Shown here: in pieces, positions 27,824-36,455 of the stretch
How positions within the stretch are numbered: position 1 is the stretch's first letter
Layout of the letters: the number at the start of each line of letters is the position of its first letter
IMG/VR virus record: IMGVR_UViG_3300014160_000003
Location: 1 to 48,124 of that record
DNA from: a virus
Taxonomy: Duplodnaviria; Caudoviricetes
Reading direction: 5' to 3' (one strand)
DNA: 48,124 bases
Notes under the pieces: model-generated
What the model saw: only the letters and a program-made list of their open reading frames with translations
What the model was told of the DNA's origin: nothing
Database searches by the model: none
Position numbers and translations under genes: made by a program

Positions 27824-28052
27824 TGATCAGCTTCCTGGCGTCCGGCCCCGTGCAAGGAGGGATAAGTCAGCGGGTTATAGGTGTGTACCCGAATAGCGGT
27901 TGTGTTCGGAGAAAACGGACGCACGGGGACGGACGACAAGCTCGTTGGAATCTGTGTGATGGCGCTCCCCGCGGCCATGTGCCGGCAGGTCCCAGGCGAT
28001 CGAGGCGCAGAAATCGTCGTCCTCGAAGCTGAATGGCCACATGGCTGCATGC

Positions 28053-28277
28053 TCAAGCGCCAGCGCGGGCCTTCACGCCGCCGCGCGTCTTGGCGGCGCA
28101 CTCCCAGAGCCGAGCGGCGGCGAATGCGGCTTCCCACGCGTTTCTGACCGCCGCGGAGAGCTGCCACCAGGTCGCGACCGGCGTGCCGTCGCAAATCGCA
28201 GTGGAGCGGCAGCCGCCGCAGAGCGCCTCGCGATAGGCATCGTACCCGACCTGGCCTGGAGTGCGATCGAAGTTCAC
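28053..28277 (-). CDS. Hypothetical phage protein
   Basis: TPGQVGYDAY...WWQLS...AWEAA; overlap with upstream stop. Confidence 0.6.
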   Translation of the reverse strand: MNFDRTPGQVGYDAYREALCGGCRSTAICDGTPVATWWQLSAAVRNAWEAAFAAARLWECAAKTRGGVKARAGA

Positions 28278-28516
28278 GCGCCGCGCCTCTGCAGGATCAA
28301 GTCGCGAAGCGTTTTAACTTCGGTCGAGACGGCATCGCCGTGCGCCCGGCACAAATCCTTATCCACGAACCGGCCTTCGATCCACGCGCGCATGTCCGCA
28401 ATCGCTTTTTGCAGCCGCACCTCGCTGCGCGCGACCAGCAGCGCGTTGATGATCTGGCAGGCCAGCACGACGACGCCAAAGATCGCACTCAGAAGAAAAT
28501 AGAGCCACTCGGTCAT
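28274..28516 (-). CDS. Small protein with N-terminal TM helix
   Basis: Hydrophobic N-terminus then coiled coil. Confidence 0.65.
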   Translation of the reverse strand: MTEWLYFLLSAIFGVVVLACQIINALLVARSEVRLQKAIADMRAWIEGRFVDKDLCRAHGDAVSTEVKTLRDLILQRRGA

Positions 28517-28519
28517 TGG

Positions 28520-28804
28520 TCATACCTCACTGAGTGATTTGATCTTCAGACCGTCGAAAATAACCCGCAGCGCGGTGATGGCCCGCGTGTGCCGCGCGTG
28601 AACGCTCGACACAGCCAAATCCAACTCCCCGGCGATCGCGCGGAAGGGCACGCCGTCCCGGTAGCGGCGCCGGACGACGAGAGCGGAGTCCGGATCGAGT
28701 TGCGCGAGGGCGCTATTGAGGAGCTGTCGCCGCTCGAGTTCGCGCAGTAGCTCTTCCGGAGAGCATTCGGGAGGTGCTTCCAGTGTCTCGCTTAGGCGGC
28801 GCAT
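28520..28804 (-). CDS. Sigma70 region-4-like HTH protein (possible late regulator)
   Basis: ALAQLD...VVRRRY..GVPFRAIAGELDLAVSSVHARHTRAITALR. Confidence 0.75.
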   Translation of the reverse strand: MRRLSETLEAPPECSPEELLRELERRQLLNSALAQLDPDSALVVRRRYRDGVPFRAIAGELDLAVSSVHARHTRAITALRVIFDGLKIKSLSEV

Positions 28805-29214
28805 CGCGCGAGCGGCGGACAGACTGGGCGCCCGCCGCCGGTCTTCGCTGCGAGCCGATCGGGATTAAACCGACGCGGATTGAAGCTTACGCGGTCGGAC
28901 CACGGAATCAGCGCCTGTGTCTCGCGGTGGACCCGCTTCAACATGGGCAGCATCGTCTCTTCCAGGTGCTCCTCGTAGCCGGGCTGGCGGCTATCGAGAT
29001 GCACGCTGCGCTTCCCCGACATGTCGTCGAACGAGAGCACGTTGATTCGCACGACCTGACCAGTCTTGTGCTTGCGCACAACCTCGGCATTTGGCGCGTG
29101 CTCGTATCGATGCACGCTGCTGTCGTCGCAAAAGTCGACGATCCGCGGGCCGCAGTGAATGGGAATCTTTCGCATGTTGGAACGTAGTGGGAGTTGCCTG
29201 GAAACGGCGGACAA
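28792..29214 (-). CDS. Hypothetical protein
   Basis: Co-oriented ORF filling operon; start uncertain. Confidence 0.55.
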   Translation of the reverse strand: MSAVSRQLPLRSNMRKIPIHCGPRIVDFCDDSSVHRYEHAPNAEVVRKHKTGQVVRINVLSFDDMSGKRSVHLDSRQPGYEEHLEETMLPMLKRVHRETQALIPWSDRVSFNPRRFNPDRLAAKTGGGRPVCPPLARCAA

Positions 29215-29265
29215 GATTTTCGACCCGCCCGAGGGTCGGTGGCCGGAGACCGGCCAGCATGAGCA

Positions 29266-29715
29266 CTACGCAGCCTTGGCGATCTGCGCGACCGCCTGGC
29301 GGCGGTGTGTCTTCACTGAACGCGGGCCTGCGCGTAACGGCGCGCTCACAATTTTCGCGAACTTCTCGGGTGCGAGCTTTGCCTCCTCAACCGCCTTGAT
29401 CGTGATGCTGGAGGCTTCCAAGTAGGCACCCTGTCCGAGGACCGCGAAGGCTGCCCGCTTGTCGACTGTGCGCACGTTGCCCATTGCGGAGACCAGCGCG
29501 GCGTACTGATAGCCCTCGTACTCATCGGCCTGCTGCGGCGGCGAGCTCGCGCTCCAGCCGATAATTTCGAGAGCTATCTCTTTCCGGCGCGCCCCTCGCG
29601 CTTCCTCCAGCGACGCAAACTGAGCCTCGATGTCGCCGAGTTCGTCGATCAGCTTCCGCCGGCGATGTGCTTCTTTCGACAGCGGCGAGATTTTCTTTGT
29701 TTTGGAGGGCTTCAT
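29266..29715 (-). CDS. Hypothetical protein
   Basis: LIDELGDIEAQ coiled coil; start set at MKPSKTK. Confidence 0.65.
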   Translation of the reverse strand: MKPSKTKKISPLSKEAHRRRKLIDELGDIEAQFASLEEARGARRKEIALEIIGWSASSPPQQADEYEGYQYAALVSAMGNVRTVDKRAAFAVLGQGAYLEASSITIKAVEEAKLAPEKFAKIVSAPLRAGPRSVKTHRRQAVAQIAKAA

Positions 29716-29882
29716 TGTTCCGACATGACTCGACTCGCTGATTGAGTATACCGGCGAGCTGGCGATTTGTTCGGTGCTCTCATCCGCCATCCACATTACG
29801 GGAAGTCGATTTGGTAAAACAGAGCGCAAAAGGTACTATTGTTTTGATGTGCTTAAGGACGCCCCCCGAGTGAGGGGCATTA

Positions 29883-30263
29883 ATGAAATTCTTTTCAGAT
29901 GGCGATTCAACTTCTGGATCTTTGTTTTTGATCCTCTCGCCTCGCGAACGCCAGGTGCTTGCGCTCGTGTCTTCCGGGTGCAGCAATAAGCAGATAGCAT
30001 ATCGGCTGTCAATAGCACTCTCCACAGTCAAGGGCTACATCGCCGCACTGGCTGAAGGCCTCGGCACAGCCAACCGCGTCGAGCTTTGCCTGTGGGCCAT
30101 CGCGCATCCCGCTGCGACCGAAGGGCGCGCGGTGAAGACCAACTCTCACGGTGGGAAGCTGCCAGGTGATTTCAATTTCGGGCCCCGATCGCCAGAGATG
30201 ACGATGGCGGATCCCCGCGTCAGAGCTGGCGAGGGGCGATCGCGAGAATTGGGAATACCATAG
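29883..30263 (+). CDS. LuxR-family HTH regulator (stand-alone)
   Basis: LSPRERQVLALVSSGCSNKQIAYRLSIALSTVKGYI...NRVEL. Confidence 0.85.
   Translation: MKFFSDGDSTSGSLFLILSPRERQVLALVSSGCSNKQIAYRLSIALSTVKGYIAALAEGLGTANRVELCLWAIAHPAATEGRAVKTNSHGGKLPGDFNFGPRSPEMTMADPRVRAGEGRSRELGIP
30188..30256. repeat. Copy of the palindromic array at end of LuxR gene
   Basis: ATCGCCAGAGATGACGAT-GGCGGATCCC-CGCGTCAGAGCTGGCGAG. Confidence 0.6.
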
Positions 30264-30420
30264 TTTTCGTCCGTGGCTGCCGGCTGGTCTGAGTGCGGTT
30301 TCGTTCTGTTTTGTTCGCGCGCTGGCCGGCGTGTGGGCGGGCAGTTGTCACGCATTTCCGTATACGGAGAATTGCCCACTCACGGCCCTCTGTCTTACTC
30401 TAACACGTATAAGGTTGCAC

Positions 30421-30477
30421 CGGCAGTTGGCTGCCGGGGGGTGCGGCAGTTGGCTGCCGGACCGGGTGCGGCAGTTG
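30421..30477. repeat. Tandem palindromic iteron/operator repeats CGGCAG-TTGG-CTGCCG
   Basis: Two full and one partial copy; same motif recurs inside initiator gene. Confidence 0.85.
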
Positions 30478-30508
30478 AGTTCACTCGAAACCGAACTGAA
30501 AAATATTC

Positions 30509-30538
30509 TTGCAAAAACGCGCCTATATAAAGTACACT
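30509..30538 (+). promoter_or_regulatory. Probable sigma70 promoter of replication operon
   Basis: TTGCAA-18 nt-TACACT in AT-rich tract. Confidence 0.55.
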
Positions 30539-30547
30539 AAAAAAAAC

Positions 30548-30739
30548 GTGGAACTTTCCGACGTCACCATCGAGCAGGCGGCCAAGATCATGGCTCGGGT
30601 CGGGCTGCAGCGCGCGCGGCAGCGTGGGAATAAAATCGGACGCCCGCGTACGATGGTCCACGACCCAACCAAGGCGTGCAGATGTTGGGAGTGCCGTCAG
30701 AAAAAGTCCGCGGCGAAGAAGCGCGCAGCGAAGGGATAA
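30548..30739 (+). CDS. Small basic protein with resolvase-arm-like GRP motif and CxCxxC
   Basis: MELSDVTIEQAAKIMARVGLQRARQRGNKIGRPRT...CRCWECR. Confidence 0.65.
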   Translation: MELSDVTIEQAAKIMARVGLQRARQRGNKIGRPRTMVHDPTKACRCWECRQKKSAAKKRAAKG

Positions 30740-30850
30740 AAATTATGGCGCGCATGCACACGGCAGAGCGCGCCAGAAAGGTGCTTCACAACTGAAACCA
30801 TCATATTGCACTTTTAGCGTTCCGCAAAGCATCGCAAGCCGGAGGCGCAG

Positions 30851-32005
30851 ATGAGCAGCCCGTCGAGGCGGCCTCCCTCCAAAATTTCCTATCCGTTCGT
30901 GCCACTCCCTGAAGACTTCGGCGAAAAGCTCGCCGGCGCCGTGCAGCCGGCCACCGTGCTGGCCGTGCTACTGATCGCACAGCGAAGTTGGCGGCAACGG
31001 TCGGGATCGCAGCCAGGCGTGTGCGCCTACCCAATCGCGCAGTTGGCCGAGACCATGCGCGTGAGCGAGCGCCAGGCCCGCTACGCCATCCAGGAAGCCG
31101 CCAAGTGCGGCCTCTGCGAGGTGGAGAGCGTAAACACGAAGGACGGAAAGGAGAATCGCTATCGCTGGGTGCAGCGTTTGCCGGACCTCGAGAAAAAGCC
31201 ACTCCGTACAGTGACGCGCGCCGCGGAGGATACCACTCCGGCAGAGCCGGAACCCGTCGCGGCAAAACTGGATTGCCCGCTCAAGATCGCGTGCCCGGTT
31301 GACACGCTGTATGAGATCGACGGGGTTCTTACCAACGATGTGCGGGAAATAAAGGACTTAGCAGGGGGTGTGCGGCAGTTGGCTGCCGGACCCCTCCCCG
31401 CTTCGAAAAATGGAGACGCCCAACAGCACCAGGTGCCTGCCAATATAACCGAAGCCGGGGCGCCGGCGCAAGGGTGTGTGGATAAAAATTCTCGATGCTG
31501 TAAATCCAACGACTTAAGCGTTGGGGTGCGGCAGCCAGTTGCCGCACCCCCCCTCGATCCGCTCCGCGATGTGCTCCGTGAGATCTTCATGGACCGCGAG
31601 CGCTATCCGCGGCTGTATATGGGCGCGCTGCCCGACGATCAGAAGCTCGGCGCGGTGGTCAGGGAACTCGGCAACGCGTCCCTGGACCAATTCGCGGCCG
31701 TCCTCATCCGGCGCGGCCAGAGAATCGTTAAGGATGGCCACTACGGCCTCCTGGTGCCGTTCGCTCAGGACGCCGCGCGCTCGGCGCCGGCGCGCAAGCC
31801 GCCCACAGAGGCGCGGCCGGAGGCGGAAACGGCAGAGGGGCTGGCGATCGACATGCAATTCGTCGCCGAGTTTCCGCAGCACGCCGACGCCGCCAGCTCT
31901 CGCGCACGCATAGATGCGGCCAAGCGCGAGGCGCCTGGCCTCTACCTGCGCGCGCAAGAGCTGACCGCCAGCCGCGCGCCGAAGGCAGCTGGAGGTGCGA
32001 AGTGA
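30851..32005 (+). CDS. Replication initiator-like HTH protein
   Basis: YPIAQLAETMRVSERQARYAIQE HTH; internal repeats; GGAGG RBS. Confidence 0.7.
   Translation: MSSPSRRPPSKISYPFVPLPEDFGEKLAGAVQPATVLAVLLIAQRSWRQRSGSQPGVCAYPIAQLAETMRVSERQARYAIQEAAKCGLCEVESVNTKDGKENRYRWVQRLPDLEKKPLRTVTRAAEDTTPAEPEPVAAKLDCPLKIACPVDTLYEIDGVLTNDVREIKDLAGGVRQLAAGPLPASKNGDAQQHQVPANITEAGAPAQGCVDKNSRCCKSNDLSVGVRQPVAAPPLDPLRDVLREIFMDRERYPRLYMGALPDDQKLGAVVRELGNASLDQFAAVLIRRGQRIVKDGHYGLLVPFAQDAARSAPARKPPTEARPEAETAEGLAIDMQFVAEFPQHADAASSRARIDAAKREAPGLYLRAQELTASRAPKAAGGAK
31363..31550. repeat. Intragenic iteron-like palindromes (candidate origin)
   Basis: GGGGTGTGCGGCAGTTGGCTGCCGGACC and GGGGTGCGGCAGCCAGTTGCCGCACCCC flanking AT-richer DNA. 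Confidence 0.7.
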
Positions 32006-32442
32006 TACCCATCCGCCACGCACTGGCCACCGTTAGACCCGACTATGCCGCCGACACCATCGAACGACGAGCTGCGCGACGCATTGCATACCGTTGCGGC
32101 GCGTGCAACAAGTTCACCTTCACTGTTCGGGATGGCACGATATTTGGAGCGTCCAAGATCCCGCTGCACAAATGGGTGTACGCGATGTATCTCCTGGTCA
32201 CCGCGCGCAAAGGTATCAGTTCTATGCAACTCGCTAAAGAGATCGGCATCACGCAAAAGTCCGCTTGGTTCATGCTGCAACGCCTTCGTGAGGCGTGCTC
32301 GACGCCTGACAACATCGACAAGCTACGCGGGATCACTGATATCGTGCTGGCTTACAAGGCCAAACCTAAGACAAAGGCTCAACGCAAAAGAGTGCGAAAG
32401 GCTAAGAAAAATGCGAAAGCGGGGTAGTAATGTATAATTCCC
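32002..32442 (+). pseudogene. IS1595-family transposase remnant
   Basis: YRCGAC..FTVRDGTIFGASKIPLHKW...KGISSMQLAKEIGITQKSAWFMLQRLREAC; DDE domain absent; ends at GGGGTAGTAATGTATAATTCCC resembling an IS1595-type end. Confidence 0.85.
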
Positions 32443-32518
32443 AAAAGTTGCCCGACTGGAAGAAGTGCAGGGTCCTGGCCGAGCGCACACACAAGCGGCA
32501 GAGGACCAATGGTGGCAC

Positions 32519-32809
32519 ATGATCGAGGAGCAAACGAGCTGCCGGTTCTCTTCGTTCGTGCTGTGGGCCCGCTATGACCGCGAGCGTCGCGTTCTTGAAA
32601 TTGATTTCAAGGCGCCAGACGGCCGCAAGCGATCGACTTACGCTTACGAGAACTTTCCACCGGACGAGTGGGAGTTCTTCCTCGCGGCCAGACGGCGCGG
32701 GGAGCACTTTGCCTACCGCATCCGCCCGAGGTTTACGGGCAAAAAGGTCTGGTTTGAAACCGAGCGCCGTGCTGCACGATCGGCGCCAGAAAGGTGTACA
32801 CATGCATAG
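32519..32809 (+). CDS. KTSC domain protein
   Basis: SS....ARYD....VLEIDFK....YAYENFP..EW..FLAA...GEHF...IR. Confidence 0.8.
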   Translation: MIEEQTSCRFSSFVLWARYDRERRVLEIDFKAPDGRKRSTYAYENFPPDEWEFFLAARRRGEHFAYRIRPRFTGKKVWFETERRAARSAPERCTHA

Positions 32810-33092
32810 CAATGATTTCACGCGCGCCGAAGCTCGCGCAGCGGTCGGCACAACGGTAGTTGCGCCAGCGGTGGGACACAACCAGGAGCGCAGCGCGTAC
32901 GGCGTGCCCTCGCGCACGACTGGCCTGATCGTTCGCGCCGAGCAATTTCCGCAGCACTCCGAACGCTACGAGCTTGTGGTGCGCTGGGAGGGAATCACCG
33001 CGACAGTGTTCGGTCGAACCCGCCCGCTCGAGCACTGGATCGATAAGCGCGACTTCAGAAAGCTTTGCCGACGGCAAGCGAGGACTGCATAA
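32802..33092 (+). CDS. Hypothetical protein
   Basis: AAGGT RBS, MHSNDFTRAEA. Confidence 0.6.
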   Translation: MHSNDFTRAEARAAVGTTVVAPAVGHNQERSAYGVPSRTTGLIVRAEQFPQHSERYELVVRWEGITATVFGRTRPLEHWIDKRDFRKLCRRQARTA

Positions 33093-33093
33093 A

Positions 33094-33576
33094 ATGCCGC
33101 ACATGGATTTTAAGCTTCTCAATCGGATGGATGAGAAGCTCGACAAACTCTTGAGCCAGCAGTCGCGGATGGACACGACGCTGGCTCTAACGCTGGCGCT
33201 ACTCAAAGCACCGGCAGCATTCGTTGTAAGAGAGGAAAGAATGGCAAGACTGAAAGCGATAGTAGATTTTCGGATGCTGGACAATGGTTCGGCAACCGCG
33301 ACACTCACGCCGGTGGACGTCGCCGGCTTACCCACAACCCTGCCCGATGGAACTCCACCACCTTCTTGGGCGTCGCGCGATCCAGCCGTAGTCGTAACTC
33401 CGGCTGCGGACGGAATGAGCGCCACGCTGGCGCCGGCCACACCGCCGGTTCTGGCGACCGGGGTGATCATCACCGCGTCGACTACACTCCCGGATGGCAC
33501 TGCCATCAGCGGCTCCGGCAACCCGATCGACGTGGTGGCTGGCGGCCCGACCGGGTTCCAGATCACCGAGCAATGA
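33094..33576 (+). CDS. Hypothetical protein with Ig-like beta-rich C-terminus
   Basis: Thr/Pro/Val-rich domain (WASRDPAVVVTPAADGMSA); second RBS/ATG at 33241. Confidence 0.6.
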   Translation: MPHMDFKLLNRMDEKLDKLLSQQSRMDTTLALTLALLKAPAAFVVREERMARLKAIVDFRMLDNGSATATLTPVDVAGLPTTLPDGTPPPSWASRDPAVVVTPAADGMSATLAPATPPVLATGVIITASTTLPDGTAISGSGNPIDVVAGGPTGFQITEQ

Positions 33577-33792
33577 AGACGGCGGGCCGGTGACAGCGGC
33601 CCGTCGCACCACACTGGAGACCTGAAGAACATGAGCAAATTCGATGACATGCGGGCAGCGTGCGCGGCCAAGCCGCACGGAACGCGGCGTCGGCTGGAAT
33701 CGCCAGGGCGAGCTGCAGGTCGCGCTGAGCGCGCTTCAGCGCTGCCAGGACAGGGTGAAGGTGTTGATTGAACTTATCGCGGAGGCCGACCT

Positions 33793-34062
33793 GTGAGCGA
33801 TCCGCAGACACCCGAGGCCTGGCAGCGTGCAGTAGACGACGCATGGGACGCGCTAATCTCCGGCAAGCCCGGTACAGACTACAAGGCCTGTGGAGAGATC
33901 CTGGATCGAGGCAGGAAGCTCGGCTACAGGCCACCGCCGGCGCGCGTGATCAAACAGGCGGCTGCGTACTTCGCCGCCGCATCGCCCAGAATCAGACAGG
34001 GATATCGTCGCGTCGTGCGCAAGCTGCGCATGGTGGCGGAGGCCAACCGTGCCAGCGGCTAA
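33793..34062 (+). CDS. Hypothetical protein
   Basis: GGAGG RBS, GTG start, coupled to neighbours. Confidence 0.6.
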   Translation: MSDPQTPEAWQRAVDDAWDALISGKPGTDYKACGEILDRGRKLGYRPPPARVIKQAAAYFAAASPRIRQGYRRVVRKLRMVAEANRASG

Positions 34063-34339
34063 CCACATCCACATCTGGCACGACGGCCACGGAGCCAAGT
34101 GGCGCAAGAGCATCGAGGTCGCGGAGATTCGCGGCGAGCTCGCGCTACTCGCGTACGGCCCGCGCGCGAGCTGCGCGATTGCCCACGTGATCGCCACATA
34201 CCTGGACCTCGACGAAGCCACGTATATCCTTAGTCGCCTCGTCAGGCACCGCTGGCCTCGCACGCGCCATGCTCGCGTTACGCGGTGCGCCAAGAAGGAC
34301 GCAGCCAGACCGCTGCTGGAGGCCGCACCGTGCTCGTAG
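34049..34339 (+). CDS. Hypothetical protein
   Basis: GGAGG RBS, GTG start. Confidence 0.55.
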   Translation: MPAANHIHIWHDGHGAKWRKSIEVAEIRGELALLAYGPRASCAIAHVIATYLDLDEATYILSRLVRHRWPRTRHARVTRCAKKDAARPLLEAAPCS

Positions 34340-34875
34340 GATTCCGCCGCCGCTTCGCGCCATACGTCGAGGAAGGGTCCAAGACGCACACCATCCGCGG
34401 GATTCGGAAGCGTCCGTTCCGCGTGGGCGATCGCTGTGATTGCTACGTCGATCCGCGCCAGAAGACCATGCGGCTGCTCGGGCGATGGCCGTGCGTGGGC
34501 GTTGGGAACGTCCGCATTCTTATCGTGCGCAATTTCTACGGCTGGTTCGGCCGCGTCTGGATCGACGGCGAGGAGCTGACGCCCGACGAGTGTAACGCGC
34601 TGGCCTGGCACGACGGCTTTCGTAGCACCACGCGGGACGAAGCCTTCGACGAGATGATCCACTATTGGATCAAGCTGCATCCGCCGCCGGCCGGGATGCG
34701 CACGCCGCGGTACGACTTCCATGGCCAGATCGTGCTCTGGCGCTACTCAGAGAAGACCGCCGGCTGCGCGGCCAGGCCGGAAGCGGCGCGTTCGGCCGAC
34801 GCCGGCGGAAACGGCGAGCCGCGTCGGCGCCCGACGCTTGATCCGGCGATGGCCGCGACGGAGGCCGCGTGCTAA
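34330..34875 (+). CDS. ASCH/PUA-like domain protein
   Basis: GF..RF.PYVEEGSKTHTIR....F.VGD...LAWHDGF; C-terminal tail encoded by repeat array. Confidence 0.7.
   Translation: MLVGFRRRFAPYVEEGSKTHTIRGIRKRPFRVGDRCDCYVDPRQKTMRLLGRWPCVGVGNVRILIVRNFYGWFGRVWIDGEELTPDECNALAWHDGFRSTTRDEAFDEMIHYWIKLHPPPAGMRTPRYDFHGQIVLWRYSEKTAGCAARPEAARSADAGGNGEPRRRPTLDPAMAATEAAC
34776..34856. repeat. Inverted three-unit copy of the palindromic array
   Basis: Reverse complement aligns by eye with 4875-4952. Confidence 0.8.
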
Positions 34876-35099
34876 TCCGCCTAACCACGTGGGAAGCCAT
34901 CCGCGAACAGTTCACGGACGACGAGAAGGACGCGCTCAACGCCGTCGCCACGGGTGAGACGATCTGCCCGCGCGGCCTGGTGATCGACGAAGACAAACTG
35001 GCGCCGGAGCTGCGCGACAAGCTGCTGCGGGCGATGATCGCGGTGACGACGGACGCCGGGCTGAGGAGGAAGCTGCCGGAGGATCAGGAGGTAAAATGA
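34869..35099 (+). CDS. Hypothetical protein
   Basis: GGAGG RBS, GTG start, 76 aa. Confidence 0.65.
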   Translation: MLIRLTTWEAIREQFTDDEKDALNAVATGETICPRGLVIDEDKLAPELRDKLLRAMIAVTTDAGLRRKLPEDQEVK

Positions 35100-35570
35100 T
35101 CCCATGAATACGCGACGATCCTGCCGCTGGGTTGCAGACGCGCCGATCGGCACGACGGACCGCGCATAGGAATCGAACTGCTCTGCCACTAGCAGGCGTT
35201 TCATACTTTGCAGTCTACTCTGTAGCCCGTCGGCCTGTCTTCCCTGCCCCACGTTGAGAAACTCCTCCAGAATGTCCGTCAGCGCCCGCTTAGCGCGCCG
35301 CATCGCTGTGCTGCAGGCGCAGCCAACGGGGCACTCCAAATGCCGCGTCGTGCGCCAGAGCACGTCGCGTGCGCTGCACACCAGATGCCAGTCAAGCTGA
35401 ACCTGCCGGGCGGCTTTCGCGCAGGTGGCGCGAATGAATAGCGCGGAAGGACGTGGCACGCGACCGACGCGCCAGGGCTTGGGAACGAAGTCGATTTGAA
35501 AGGATGAGCCGAAATAGAGGATGGGCTGGTGGTGGTCAGTAGTTTGGACTGCGAGAGTTTGATTTGACAT
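34881..35570 (-). CDS. Hypothetical protein, 3' end runs antisense into the preceding gene
   Basis: Only long ORF covering 35100-35570; follows the Dam-like MTase. Confidence 0.4.
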   Translation of the reverse strand: MSNQTLAVQTTDHHQPILYFGSSFQIDFVPKPWRVGRVPRPSALFIRATCAKAARQVQLDWHLVCSARDVLWRTTRHLECPVGCACSTAMRRAKRALTDILEEFLNVGQGRQADGLQSRLQSMKRLLVAEQFDSYARSVVPIGASATQRQDRRVFMGSFYLLILRQLPPQPGVRRHRDHRPQQLVAQLRRQFVFVDHQAARADRLTRGDGVERVLLVVRELFADGFPRG

Positions 35571-35618
35571 CCTCCCGTTGTCGCTCCGTGCCAAGGCGCG
35601 CGGCTAGGCTGTCGTTGG

Positions 35619-36455
35619 TTAACAGCGTACCTCAGCCATCGCCGCCAGCAGCGCGTGCCGCTCCAACTCCGGCATCCGCTCGAGGCGCGCGACCCAGCGC
35701 TTCTTCCTCCGATTGATTTTCTCGCGCTCCCTGAAGCCACGCCCGAGGTAGCGATAGTCGTGGAGTTCGGTGGGCCGCGGGAAGTTGAACCACAGCCACT
35801 CCGTCTTTTGCTTGCCGGCCCGCGTCATCGCGTCGTACGTGACGCTGTTCCAGCCGGCCAGCGCCTCGGCATACATCTCCGACCAGTATCCGGAGATCAT
35901 CGCGGCGCAAGGCAGATCCTGGAGCACTCGCAATAAACGCTGGTGCTCGGCGTCGGCCATCTCGCAGCGATAGAGCCGGCGGCCCGAGCGCGTGGCCATC
36001 ACGTATGGCGGATCGCAGTACACGAGCTCGTTGCCGGCGAAGGGATAACACGCCAGGAAGTCGATCCCGTTCCCGTGCACGAAGTGGAAGCGCGGGAGTA
36101 CTCCATCGCCAGTTCCGCCGCTGGAGGCCTGTATCGCCGCCCCTGGCGAGTGGTGATGACGGGCATCGCCCGAGGCGGCGTGCGGATCCGCCATCGCCGT
36201 TTCGCGCGAACGGTACGCCTCGCCGTTTTTGCCGGCGTCGGCCGAACGCGACGGATCTGGCGAGGGAACCGGCGGCATCGTCACTTTGGGCGCGCCCGGA
36301 TCTATGTCGATGCCAATATTGAGCGCCGCCGGTCGCTTCAGCCGCATGATCGCGCCGGCGCCAAGGAACGGCTCGATGTAGGTCTGGTGGGGCGGCATCA
36401 GGTTGATGATCGTGTGATAAACGCCTGGCGCGTTCTTTCCGCCTGGATACGCCAT
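35619..36455 (-). CDS. Dam-like (D12 class) N6-adenine DNA methyltransferase with repeat-encoded insert
   Basis: YPGGK, YIEPFLGAGA, GIDID, VYCDPPY, MISGY, TEWLW. Confidence 0.9.
   Translation of the reverse strand: MAYPGGKNAPGVYHTIINLMPPHQTYIEPFLGAGAIMRLKRPAALNIGIDIDPGAPKVTMPPVPSPDPSRSADAGKNGEAYRSRETAMADPHAASGDARHHHSPGAAIQASSGGTGDGVLPRFHFVHGNGIDFLACYPFAGNELVYCDPPYVMATRSGRRLYRCEMADAEHQRLLRVLQDLPCAAMISGYWSEMYAEALAGWNSVTYDAMTRAGKQKTEWLWFNFPRPTELHDYRYLGRGFREREKINRRKKRWVARLERMPELERHALLAAMAEVRC
35911..35932 (-). repeat. 22-bp inverted repeat, left copy
   Basis: TGCGAGTGCTCCAGGATCTGCC on - strand, identical to 41593-41614 on +. Confidence 0.9.
36105..36295. repeat. Seven-unit palindromic array inside the MTase gene
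   Basis: Units at about 36105, 36133, 36165, 36193, 36219, 36247, 36277. Confidence 0.85.

Noticed and set aside
27960-28030. Further array copy (ATCGCCTGGGAC shared with 17849)
   Set aside because: Single half-unit without dyad, probably inside a small coding region
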